From positions 1 to 33,687 of the forward strand of contig JAAYLF010000356.1 of the NCBI GenBank assembly GCA_012522035.1: a DNA stretch of 33,687 nt, in the 5' to 3' direction. This document shows positions 1-8,596 of the stretch, piece by piece. A model generated the notes under the pieces. The model searched no databases. It saw nothing but the letters and a program-made list of their open reading frames with translations, and had not been told where the DNA came from. A program made the position numbers and the translations under genes. Numbering within the stretch: the first letter of the stretch is position 1; each line of letters starts with the position of its first letter. The stretch comes from Clostridiaceae bacterium. Lineage in GTDB: Bacteria > Bacillota > Clostridia > UBA1212 > DUPL01.

Positions 1-1045
1 CCAGTGTAACGCTTAGCATCATCAAGTTCTTGGGATTTGAGCAGATATTCAAAAACTCGCTTACCGGACTCTCCATAGGCGGAGGAAAAGGCGGTGCCAA
101 CTTTGATCCAAAAGGAAAATCCGACAGGGAGATAATGGCGTTTTGCCAGAGCTTTGTTAATGAACTGTACAGACATGTAGGCAATGATATAGATGTCCCG
201 GCAGGAGATATTGGTGTCGGAGCAAGAGAAATAGGCTATATTTACGGACAATACAAAAGACTTACCGGTCTTTTTGACTGCACATTCACCGGTAAAGGAT
301 TATCGTATGGCGGTTCCCTTGTCCGCAAGGAAGCCACCGGATATGGTCTCGTTTACCTGACGGAGAAAATGCTGGAGTCAGTAAACACATCAATCAAGGG
401 AAAAACCATTACCATATCAGGATCAGGCAATGTAGCAATATATGCTGCTGAAAAGGCAACAATGCTTGGAGCAAAAGTTGTTACCATGAGTGATTCCAAT
501 GGATACGTTTACGATCCAAACGGAATCGATGTCAGCACGGTAAAACTTATTAAAGAGCAAAGAAGAGAAAGAATAAAGGAATATGTACGCTACTACGACA
601 CAGCAAGATACTACGAAAACGGTCTTGTTTGGTCAGTGCCTTGCGATATAGCACTTCCATGTGCGACACAAAATGAAATAACAGGCACGAGTGCTGAATT
701 GCTGGTCAAAAATGGATGTATGGCGGTAGCGGAAGGTTCGAACATGTCCACTTCCATCGAGGCAGTGGAAATCCTGCAAAAGAACAATGTCATGTATGTG
801 CCCGGCAAAGCTTCAAACGCAGGCGGGGTTGCAGTTTCCGCATTGGAAATGGCACAGGCAGGCGCACATCTTTACTGGACCTTTGAAGAGGTTGACCAAA
901 GCTCCAAGGTATCATGCACAGCATTTATACCAACATTTCAGAAACAGCGGAGCGATATGGCATGAAAGGAAATCTTGTTGCTGGCGCAAATATTGCAGGC
1001 TTCAAAAAAGTAGCGGAGGCAATGCTGCAGCAAGGTGTTGTTTAA
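1..1045 (+). pseudogene. gdhA: NAD(P)-dependent glutamate dehydrogenase; 5' end lies outside the window. The reading frame is broken by an apparent 1-nt deletion in the A-run at 898-900.
   Basis: The frame of ORF 30..965 is open from nt 3 (SVTLSIIKFLGFEQIFKNSLTGLSIGGGKGGANFDPKGKS..., GSGNVA dinucleotide fold). After ...WTFEEVDQ this frame gives 29 unrelated aa and TGA at 963-965. The -1 frame from nt 899 reads KLQGIMHSIYTNISETAERYGMKGNLVAGANIAGFKKVAEAMLQQGVV then TAA at 1043-1045, a typical GDH C-terminus. Confidence 0.85.
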
Positions 1046-1066
1046 TTGGCAACAGGAGGTACTGCT

Positions 1067-1543
1067 ATGAAAAATACTATTGAAAAGAAAATTGAATTGG
1101 GAAGACCTGTCATATCACCTGTTCTTGTTCCGGTAATACATAGAGCCACACCTAATTGTATTAACGAAACATTCATGGTGAATGGCACACCATACAAAGT
1201 CACTGCTCTCTCCTTTGGTGAACCTTTCGGGGTGGTAGTGGTTGAGGATGTAGATAACTTGAGTGTTTCCTCCATTGGTCCTCAACTTGCTTCACATCCC
1301 CTGTTCCCCCTAGGTGCAAATATTGTTTTTGCTCCGGTACTTGAAAACAACTGTGCAAAAGCAAGAGTATGGCAAAAGAATACAGGAGAAGTTCCCTTCA
1401 CACCCCAGGCATGCGGTGCCGCTGCAACGGCCCTTATGATGCTTCACAAAATTATGATAAATACTGTAAAAGTATATATGGGAGGCAGTCCTTATACGGT
1501 GGAATGGGATAAAGACTCCAACAATATGACAGTGCCGATCTAA
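1067..1543 (+). CDS. Single-domain DapF-like (diaminopimelate epimerase fold) protein, about half the size of DapF
   Basis: RBS caGGAGGt lies 7 nt upstream of ATG 1067. The segment SFGEPFGVVVVEDVDNLSVSSIGPQLASHPLFPLGANIVFAPVL...ARVWQKNTGEV...QACGAAATALMM...VKVYMGGSPYTVEW parallels the C-terminal DapF domain (GNPH..VDDVD...HP.FP...NV.F..V...R.WERG.GET.ACGTG...GG.L.IEW). Several catalytic-region positions are changed. Confidence 0.55.
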   Translation: MKNTIEKKIELGRPVISPVLVPVIHRATPNCINETFMVNGTPYKVTALSFGEPFGVVVVEDVDNLSVSSIGPQLASHPLFPLGANIVFAPVLENNCAKARVWQKNTGEVPFTPQACGAAATALMMLHKIMINTVKVYMGGSPYTVEWDKDSNNMTVPI

Positions 1544-1566
1544 AGGATGGCAAAACGCCATCCTTT
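1542..1566. terminator. Bidirectional rho-independent terminator between the convergent DapF-like gene and the helicase gene
   Basis: Perfect stem aaaggatggc / gccatccttt with loop aaaac. It is flanked by T-rich tracts when read on either strand. Confidence 0.7.
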
Positions 1567-1571
1567 ATTCA

Positions 1572-3659
1572 TCATCCTATATAATCGGCAATGAACTCCT
1601 TTCTTGTCAAAACATCGGGCACAAACTTTCTCAATTTGCCGCCCAGATCATATACATCCACATGAAAATCAAACTTGTCAGGTTTGTGTTTTTCAATCTT
1701 GTCAACAACATCCCTTACGTCATTGGCATAGCTTCCAGGTATTGAAATATATATTGGCACAAAACTCAAATAGCGTATTTCATTTTCATACCCATACATT
1801 CTTAATGCGCAGGAATAGTACATAATCTCCTTTGTGCCAAGCCTGGGCAAAAACAAACATTTATCTCCTGCCTGCATCACATTGTCTCTAATCCTTAAAG
1901 CTGAAAATCTTTTCCGTGATGAAAAAAGCCTTTCCAAAGCCCTTTTGCCAAGATAATTATATGCTTTATCCGATGACAGAACCTCAAACATCTTTGCAAC
2001 CAGTTTGGATGGGACAATCAACCTCATGTCTGACTTGTATCTGCTTTCTGCATGCTCCTCATGCGGTTTTACATGAATGACATGAGAACTTTTGTCAATT
2101 GAAACAACCTGCCACGCTCTTCCTGCAAGGGAGAAGGTTTCTTCCTCTTCGTAAGGAACCATAACCTGCCCAATTTCCCTGTTCTCATAAATAACGGAGT
2201 ACTCTATGGCAGTTTCAAACACTGAAAAGAAATCAAAATTTGATATGATTGCTTCTCCAAGAGAACCTACATGCAGAAAACCTTCCTCCGTTCTTTCCAA
2301 AAGCCCGTCGTCGATCATTTTAAGCAGCATGATTCTGTAGTCTTCCTGGGATATGTTTCTGAAGGGACTCATTGTCAGCATGTATTCTGCAAGTTTTGCA
2401 GCTCTTGTCTCATGTACGGATGCAACATGGCTGAGTGTCTGATGCAGAAGGATTTCATATGGATACTGTCCTGCCACAACAGGTTCTATCCATCGTTCTT
2501 TTAAGTAAAGCTCAATAACTGCAATACATTTTACAAGCTCCCAATCTATCTTGTCTATAGGCATGTTGCCATAGCCTGGTTTCTCTCTAAAAGTAAAATA
2601 CATGACTCCTACACCGCTTTTTCTCCCGCTTCTTCCAAGCCTTTGAACAAAGGAGGATACACTAAGGGGAGCACCTGTCTGCACAATCATCTCCAAATCT
2701 CCCACGTCAATACCAAGCTCCAGTGTAAGGGTAGCTCCAACCACCGTCTTTACCTCCCCTGTCTTCATGGCCTTTTCTGCTTCCTCCCTCATGGATTTTG
2801 ATATGTTTCCATGGTGCACCTTGTATGCATCCATCGTTCCCTTCTCTTTGGCAATTCTCCTCAGGCTTGTAATGTTTTCTTCCACTTCTGCCTTGCTGTT
2901 TGAGAATATTATGCACTGCTTGTTCAATGTCCTATAATACAAGTCAAGGAAGAACTCATCTTCTTCCGGGTAATCCACCAAAAGCTTGACTCTTCTTCCC
3001 TTTTCCTCAATCAAGGGAACCTGACACGCTCTGTTTGTCCCGGCACTTAAATACTTTTCTGCATATGTGTAATCACCCAAAGTAGCGGACAAGCCTATGC
3101 GTATGGGTATTCTGTTAATATCCCTTTGAATTCTTTCAAGGATGCAAAGAAGATGTATCCCCCTGCCACTTCCCATAAAGGTATGAACCTCGTCTATTAT
3201 GATGTATCTCAAATCAGAAAACAGCATCTTTATTTCATGCCGTCTCAATACAAGCATTGCCTCTAGCGACTCGGGCGTGGTCTGCAGTATTCCTTTAGGA
3301 AAACTTCTGAGTTTCTCTTTACCGCCTGCAGAAGCATCCCCATGCCACTTGGTAACAGGGATAATTGCCTCCTTCAGCAAATCATTAAGTCTTTCAAACT
3401 GATCGTTAATAAGAGCTTTTAACGGACTTATATACAATACCGAAACGGAATCAATTTTTTCCTTGTATATCTTTGAAATAACGGGCAAAAAGGCAGCCTC
3501 CGTCTTCCCGGAGGCCGTGCCCGATGCCAATAGCAGATTGTCTTGTGTGTTGAAAATACATTCACAAGCAGCAATCTGTATGTCTCTCAGTTCCTTCCAT
3601 TTGCTTTTGTATATATACTCCTGTATGAAAGGAGCCAGTTTTTCAAACGCATCGTTCAT
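1572..3659 (-). CDS. SF2 DEAH-box helicase, Lhr/BrxHI-like (Shango SngC-like)
   Basis: Motif I ASGTASGKTEAAFLP, Ia YISPLKALINDQ, II IIIDEVH, III GLSATLG, VI FVQRLGRSGR. A C-terminal extension of about 280 aa has no motif I recognise. The start ATG overlaps the stop of the upstream ATPase gene (ATGA at 3656-3659). Confidence 0.85.
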   Translation of the reverse strand: MNDAFEKLAPFIQEYIYKSKWKELRDIQIAACECIFNTQDNLLLASGTASGKTEAAFLPVISKIYKEKIDSVSVLYISPLKALINDQFERLNDLLKEAIIPVTKWHGDASAGGKEKLRSFPKGILQTTPESLEAMLVLRRHEIKMLFSDLRYIIIDEVHTFMGSGRGIHLLCILERIQRDINRIPIRIGLSATLGDYTYAEKYLSAGTNRACQVPLIEEKGRRVKLLVDYPEEDEFFLDLYYRTLNKQCIIFSNSKAEVEENITSLRRIAKEKGTMDAYKVHHGNISKSMREEAEKAMKTGEVKTVVGATLTLELGIDVGDLEMIVQTGAPLSVSSFVQRLGRSGRKSGVGVMYFTFREKPGYGNMPIDKIDWELVKCIAVIELYLKERWIEPVVAGQYPYEILLHQTLSHVASVHETRAAKLAEYMLTMSPFRNISQEDYRIMLLKMIDDGLLERTEEGFLHVGSLGEAIISNFDFFSVFETAIEYSVIYENREIGQVMVPYEEEETFSLAGRAWQVVSIDKSSHVIHVKPHEEHAESRYKSDMRLIVPSKLVAKMFEVLSSDKAYNYLGKRALERLFSSRKRFSALRIRDNVMQAGDKCLFLPRLGTKEIMYYSCALRMYGYENEIRYLSFVPIYISIPGSYANDVRDVVDKIEKHKPDKFDFHVDVYDLGGKLRKFVPDVLTRKEFIADYIG

Positions 3660-4963
3660 AAAGTAAACTCCGCAAATTCATCTGATACATCATCATCTTC
3701 TGAGACTGCAAACTCAAAACCGCTAGAACCAAGAACCTCCTCAACGGTCTTGTCCGGGTTTTGATATAGGACATTCAATAGTTCAATAAAATCTCTAATT
3801 ATCTCTCTTGGAGTCATGTAGATTTGAGCGCCTATTCTCCCACTCTCGATTTCCCAAAAAGCGTAAATATCCTTTTGCGTAATTTTGGATTCATACCCAT
3901 AAAGGTCTGCATGAATGGAAGCAAGTTTTTCAAGCAGTACAAAGATTTCCTCAGCTTCAAGCGGAGCAAGCTTGATAACCGGTGCCATCATGTCTCCATC
4001 ATTGCTGGCGCTTATCCAGCCTGATTCAAGCCTTGTTCTTAAAGCTTCATAACTGTAGATCCCCTTTCTCGGGTCTTCCAGAGCCTGGGGTGTAAGAGCC
4101 ATGATTATTCCCATGTGACTTGCTTTCCCTTGCAATGTATCGTTGTACATCGAAAGAAGTTTATCATAGTTGTACTGCCTGGTTTGTGAATTAGGAATCT
4201 TGTATATGTTAACCAGTTCATCAACAAGCATCAGCAGTCCTTTAAAGCCGGCCTTGACGAGGAAGGATGCAAACAACTTCAGATAATCATACCAGTTGGA
4301 ATCGGTAATAATCTCGGACAGTCCCAAATCCCTTTTTGCCTCGGTTTTGGTTGAATACTCTCCCCTGAACCATCTCAGAACATTGCTCTTGTTTTCCTCA
4401 TTTCCATCCCTGTACGCATGCCAGTAAATACTCAGCGCCTTTGCAAAATCAAAACCATGCACAAGTTGCTTCAATTCGCCAACCGTTTCAAATATTTTCA
4501 ACTCAACTTCGAAAGACAGTTTTTCATCAAAAGCCGAAAGTTCCTTTTCCCTCATCACTTCCTGCTGTATTGCATATATCCATTTTTCCAGTATCAATGG
4601 CAAAGCTCCTCCATCGGGCGTTGTTTTTGTGGACTTGTTCTTCATAAGCTCTCTGTAGGTTGCAAGACCCTGCTTCTGTGAACCTGTGAATCTTCTTTCA
4701 GGAGACAAGTCCGCATCCACAACCACAAACCCTCTATCCATGGCATAATTTCTGATGGTCTGAAGGAGAAAGCTCTTTCCACTTCCGTATCTGCCAACAA
4801 TAAACCTAAACGAAGCTCCCCCATTCTGCACAATTTCAATATCGTGCAGCAAGGCATCAATTTCCTTCTCCCTGCCCACCGCAATATATCCAAGGCCAAC
4901 TCTTGGAACAACTCCACCTTTCAGTGAGTTCATTATTGCAGAGGCAATTCTTTTTGGAACCAT
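3656..4963 (-). CDS. DUF2791 / BrxD-like P-loop ATPase (Shango SngB-like)
   Basis: Walker A FIVGRYGSGKSFLL and Walker B GLLMLVDELVN. The N-terminus (IMNSLKGGVVPRVGLGYIAVGREKEIDALLHDIEIV..GGASFRFIVG) is typical of the family annotated as BREX system ATP-binding protein. SD GGGAGGG sits 7 nt upstream, inside the last codons of the TerB gene. Confidence 0.8.
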   Translation of the reverse strand: MVPKRIASAIMNSLKGGVVPRVGLGYIAVGREKEIDALLHDIEIVQNGGASFRFIVGRYGSGKSFLLQTIRNYAMDRGFVVVDADLSPERRFTGSQKQGLATYRELMKNKSTKTTPDGGALPLILEKWIYAIQQEVMREKELSAFDEKLSFEVELKIFETVGELKQLVHGFDFAKALSIYWHAYRDGNEENKSNVLRWFRGEYSTKTEAKRDLGLSEIITDSNWYDYLKLFASFLVKAGFKGLLMLVDELVNIYKIPNSQTRQYNYDKLLSMYNDTLQGKASHMGIIMALTPQALEDPRKGIYSYEALRTRLESGWISASNDGDMMAPVIKLAPLEAEEIFVLLEKLASIHADLYGYESKITQKDIYAFWEIESGRIGAQIYMTPREIIRDFIELLNVLYQNPDKTVEEVLGSSGFEFAVSEDDDVSDEFAEFTL

Positions 4964-4966
4964 ATT

Positions 4967-7900
4967 TTACCCTCCCAATAATTTTATTATTTCATCTGAA
5001 TAATCTTCAACCAACGTATGATCCACATCCACCACACTGTCGCCTATTGTTTCAATGGCCACATCGTTTATTCCGTCAATGACAACTTCCAACATTACAC
5101 CAAGTTTCCTGGCAACAGAATATGCATCCTCTTTGTTGGCTATTGCCTTTAACAAATGCATCTGAATATCATCCAGCATTCTTGCAAACAATTTATATGG
5201 ATTCTCTCCTGAAACATCCGTTATATCACAAATATCATATGTTTTCTCTTCCGCTGCTGCAACTTCTTCAACTTCTTCCTCTTCATCAACAACCAGCTTT
5301 TCAGTCAGCCTTTTTGATATTGCTCTTATCTCATCCAGCTTGTCAAAATCAATTTCCACCTTTTCAATCCTGGGAGTGGGTATCGCATCATCAACGAATA
5401 CTCCTTTTTCTCCCAAAACTTCTGCAGCAGCTGCCATAACGCAGTCGCCAAGCTTCTCCGCCCCTATGGTCTCAATCAAATACCTTATCTCATCACTTGT
5501 TTTATCCGTAATATCCAGAGGAGACTTGAGAGTTCCTTTGAAGGACAACAGATTTCTCAAGGCAATTTCTGCCAGTTTGACTATGATACCATATAGAACA
5601 TAAGTCGATTCTTTTAAACCACAGTATCCACAACGGCTTATGCATATTTCGTCCTTCCATTCATATGCCAAATAATCATTTATAACTGCCGTCTTCTTTC
5701 CTTTTCTTAATCTGACGTATTGCAAATCATTAAAAATCCCGTCTTTACGTTCAAGCTTTTGTCTTTCGCCCAATATATATGCAGGCAAAGAAAGGTCGTA
5801 TTTAGAAAAGAGTTCGTCCAGTTTTTCAAGCACCTTTGGCATGCAGAGATCTATAAGATAACCATCACTTCCTTTTCCAAAGGCACTTTCCCTTGCCCTG
5901 TATGGACTTTTTTCAAGTATGTACTTGCTGGCACAATCATAGTCGCCTTCAAAAATCTTGTACAGCCCGTAGATGGTATAATATCTCTTTGGAAACTTTT
6001 TCACATAAAATGAATAGGTTTTTTCCAAATCATAGGCAATGTATGCATCCATGATGACACTCTCGATCAAGTCATCGATATTGTCCGACACCTTGCTGTA
6101 CCCGCGCCAGAATTTAATCAGCTCGTCCATCAATTCTTCTTCATTCTCAACTCCTATCAAATTGACAAGCTCGGACAAATACAAAAGAACCATGTTTTTG
6201 TTTGCAGGCTTGAATATTCCCCGCCTTACATCTGATCTCCAATTCAGGTAGTAACGGTTTGCAAAATCATAATCATGAGAGACTCTCTGTTTCTCATATA
6301 CATCAACATCTTCAAGAAGGCAAGCCTGAATATAAAAATCAACAGGATTATAGGAATCATACCTATAAGTCTGCCTGCTCGAAATCCTTTGGTCTTTAGC
6401 TTCAGAACTTACCAATGAAATCAGATGCTTGTTTTGTTGTACGACTTCAGGATCATAGTATCTCTTCTTTCCACCAAGAACAAAGCTTTCCAATCTTTGC
6501 TTTTTCTTTATCTTCACATCCTTGTAAATCTCTTTGACCTCATTGGTCAAAATATTTACAAATCTCATGGATTCAATGATTTCTGCATGTTTTGTGTAGC
6601 TTTCCAGTCCGGAAAAGATAATATCAAAAGGAATATCTGAAAAATCTCCTTTTTTGTACCTTCTTGCTGCAGTGGCAATGATATTTACAACATACTCGCA
6701 GAACTTTTGCGCCCTTTTATCAAAATCAAAGCCGCAATAAAACAAGGAACCGCCATCAAAAATATACCTAATCCCCTTGTTTATACAAGTTTCTTCTTTT
6801 ATCCTGCACCCATTTTTATCAATCAGGTATCCAAGTTTCGAAAACGGTACTTCTTCTTTTACAACTTCGCCCAGCAGCAGGCTTGCAATCGAAAATGCAC
6901 ATTCCCTTTCAAGCAAGTCCGATACTTCCTTAAGCGCAGCAGGCAGAACTTTTTTAAGAACACTCTGAAATTCTTTGGAAGCACTTATTCTTATTCTTCT
7001 ACTTAGATACTCATACACATTTGTGTAATTGCCTTGAGCAATCTCATCCATAAGCAAGGAACTGCCAATATACCCTTCAGGAAAACTCTCACAAATCTTT
7101 TCAAAAGGCATGTCCAATCCCTTAAGGACATAAAACTCAATAATGGTGTTCTCCATTAGATTATCAATATCAGCAACAAGCCTCATACCCTTCCAGAATT
7201 CAAGAAGCTTTGAAAGAGCATCCAGCTCATCAATACAATTTGCAAGAAGTATTGTTTCGTTCAGATACAGTTTAATATATCCGATATCCGCCTTTTCATA
7301 AATCCCTTTTCTAATCTTTGTTCTCCATGAGAAATAGCCAAGCAGTTGCTGGTTTGTCATATGGGTATATGTAGGATATACATTTAAAAAATCCACCAAT
7401 ACCACATCTTCATTGTACTCAACCTTTTCCATGAATTTAACTTGTTTTAGAAATAACTCCGCACCATAAATCATTCCTTTGGGAGTTCTTGAAAGAGATC
7501 TCATCTTATCGAACTTGTCTTTAATCCGAATCTGCCTGTTGAGTTCAGCAACTTCTTCATGCATAACGATAGCTATTTGCTTATGGATTACCTTAACCAG
7601 TTCTCCTGTATCTATTATGCTGCGCATCTCTTCGTCCTGGTAAAGACTCGTATCATATATTTTCAAGGGTTTTTCACCAAGAATTTCCCTTATTCTTGAT
7701 TCCATATGCTTAAGTATGAAAGATATGAGTCTTGCATGTTTCCTGACAGGGAAGAGCTTTTCCGCATACAGGATGTTGTCTTGTACAAAATATCTTTCCG
7801 TTTCTGATATAACGTACTCAGTGAATCCATAGTCCTTTTTCACAAATGGATTGTATTTGAAAGGCTCGTAAACATCCACTTTTCTTTCAAAAAGCATTTC

Positions 7901-8596
7901 ATTAAATGCAACACCCTTTTGGGAAAAGTATTCACTCACACCTTTCATAACAGCATCAAAAGCACTGTCAATATATCTTCCCTTTTCACTTCTGTAAAAA
8001 GAGCTGCCATAAATTTGGTGCTGGGCACTCATTTTGTCGAAATACGGAAGAGTATGTTCATAATCACCGGAATATATTTTGTCCTCGTAAGACGCTATTT
8101 GAAACTTTTCATCAAAACTCTTGACTATGTTATTGAAAGGACCTGCAGAATGAAGGATGCAGTAGTCTTTGATAATGTAATAAAACTCAAGATCAGTAAG
8201 CTCGTCGCATTTGTTCCATAAATCAATCAGAAGTGCAAGCCCTTCCTCACAGGTTACACCCACCAGATTGACAAGCTCGTTTATGTATACAAGAATGTAT
8301 TCTCGTTTTGTTTGCTTGTAATTGTTCTCCAAAAACTGTGTGCGCCAGTACACATAGTGATAAAGATTGGACTCCGTCATGTCTTCGAAGGATCTAATGC
8401 TTCCAATACCATCCGGTCTGCCCTTGTACGAATGATAAAAGCGATAGTCCTTTAAAAAGTCTGCACATTTTAAAAAACGGACAAAAGGCTCCCCATTGTC
8501 CCTGGATAATTCACGCACCTTGCTGATTGCTTCGTGATCCAGTATCTTTTCTGACAACAATGTGAAAGCCTTTTCCTTTAAATCCTTTTCTTTCAT
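4967..8596 (-). CDS. 1209-aa TerB-N / TerB-C domain protein with three tandem TerB-N-like modules (Shango SngA-like)
   Basis: There are three internal repeats: LYHYVYWRTQFLENNY..YILVYINELVNLVGV (aa ~78), LLGYFSWRTKIRKGIY..YIKLYLNETILLANC (aa ~418) and RYYLNWRSDVRRGIF..VLLYLSELVNLIGV (aa ~781). The C-terminal ~130 aa (EIDFDKLDEIRAISKRL...acidic linker...LEVVIDGINDVAIETIGDSVVD) match my memory of the TerB-C domain. Start ATG 8596 overlaps the amidase stop (ATGA). Confidence 0.75.
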   Translation of the reverse strand: MKEKDLKEKAFTLLSEKILDHEAISKVRELSRDNGEPFVRFLKCADFLKDYRFYHSYKGRPDGIGSIRSFEDMTESNLYHYVYWRTQFLENNYKQTKREYILVYINELVNLVGVTCEEGLALLIDLWNKCDELTDLEFYYIIKDYCILHSAGPFNNIVKSFDEKFQIASYEDKIYSGDYEHTLPYFDKMSAQHQIYGSSFYRSEKGRYIDSAFDAVMKGVSEYFSQKGVAFNEMLFERKVDVYEPFKYNPFVKKDYGFTEYVISETERYFVQDNILYAEKLFPVRKHARLISFILKHMESRIREILGEKPLKIYDTSLYQDEEMRSIIDTGELVKVIHKQIAIVMHEEVAELNRQIRIKDKFDKMRSLSRTPKGMIYGAELFLKQVKFMEKVEYNEDVVLVDFLNVYPTYTHMTNQQLLGYFSWRTKIRKGIYEKADIGYIKLYLNETILLANCIDELDALSKLLEFWKGMRLVADIDNLMENTIIEFYVLKGLDMPFEKICESFPEGYIGSSLLMDEIAQGNYTNVYEYLSRRIRISASKEFQSVLKKVLPAALKEVSDLLERECAFSIASLLLGEVVKEEVPFSKLGYLIDKNGCRIKEETCINKGIRYIFDGGSLFYCGFDFDKRAQKFCEYVVNIIATAARRYKKGDFSDIPFDIIFSGLESYTKHAEIIESMRFVNILTNEVKEIYKDVKIKKKQRLESFVLGGKKRYYDPEVVQQNKHLISLVSSEAKDQRISSRQTYRYDSYNPVDFYIQACLLEDVDVYEKQRVSHDYDFANRYYLNWRSDVRRGIFKPANKNMVLLYLSELVNLIGVENEEELMDELIKFWRGYSKVSDNIDDLIESVIMDAYIAYDLEKTYSFYVKKFPKRYYTIYGLYKIFEGDYDCASKYILEKSPYRARESAFGKGSDGYLIDLCMPKVLEKLDELFSKYDLSLPAYILGERQKLERKDGIFNDLQYVRLRKGKKTAVINDYLAYEWKDEICISRCGYCGLKESTYVLYGIIVKLAEIALRNLLSFKGTLKSPLDITDKTSDEIRYLIETIGAEKLGDCVMAAAAEVLGEKGVFVDDAIPTPRIEKVEIDFDKLDEIRAISKRLTEKLVVDEEEEVEEVAAAEEKTYDICDITDVSGENPYKLFARMLDDIQMHLLKAIANKEDAYSVARKLGVMLEVVIDGINDVAIETIGDSVVDVDHTLVEDYSDEIIKLLGG

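Noticed and set aside
890-905. Programmed -1 ribosomal frameshift in gdhA
   Set aside because: The shift site (GAC CAA AGC) is not an X XXY YYZ slippery heptamer, and no downstream stimulatory structure was noticed. A 1-nt indel in the A-run is the simpler explanation.
787-1083. 98-aa ORF overlapping the 3' part of gdhA
   Set aside because: It is in neither the gdh N-terminal frame nor the frame encoding the GDH C-terminus, and its sequence is Cys/Arg/His-rich nonsense. It is a shadow ORF.
1572-8596. Possible BREX (type 2) locus, because BrxD-like ATPase and BrxHI-like helicase genes are present
   Set aside because: No PglX methyltransferase, PglZ phosphatase, PglW kinase or BrxC/PglY gene lies anywhere in the window. 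The partner is a TerB-N/TerB-C protein, which fits the Shango triad instead.
4967-8596. Tellurite-resistance (ter) operon, suggested by the TerB naming
   Set aside because: No terZ/terA/terC/terD/terE-like genes are present. TerB-N/TerB-C are accessory domains distinct from the classical ter operon context.
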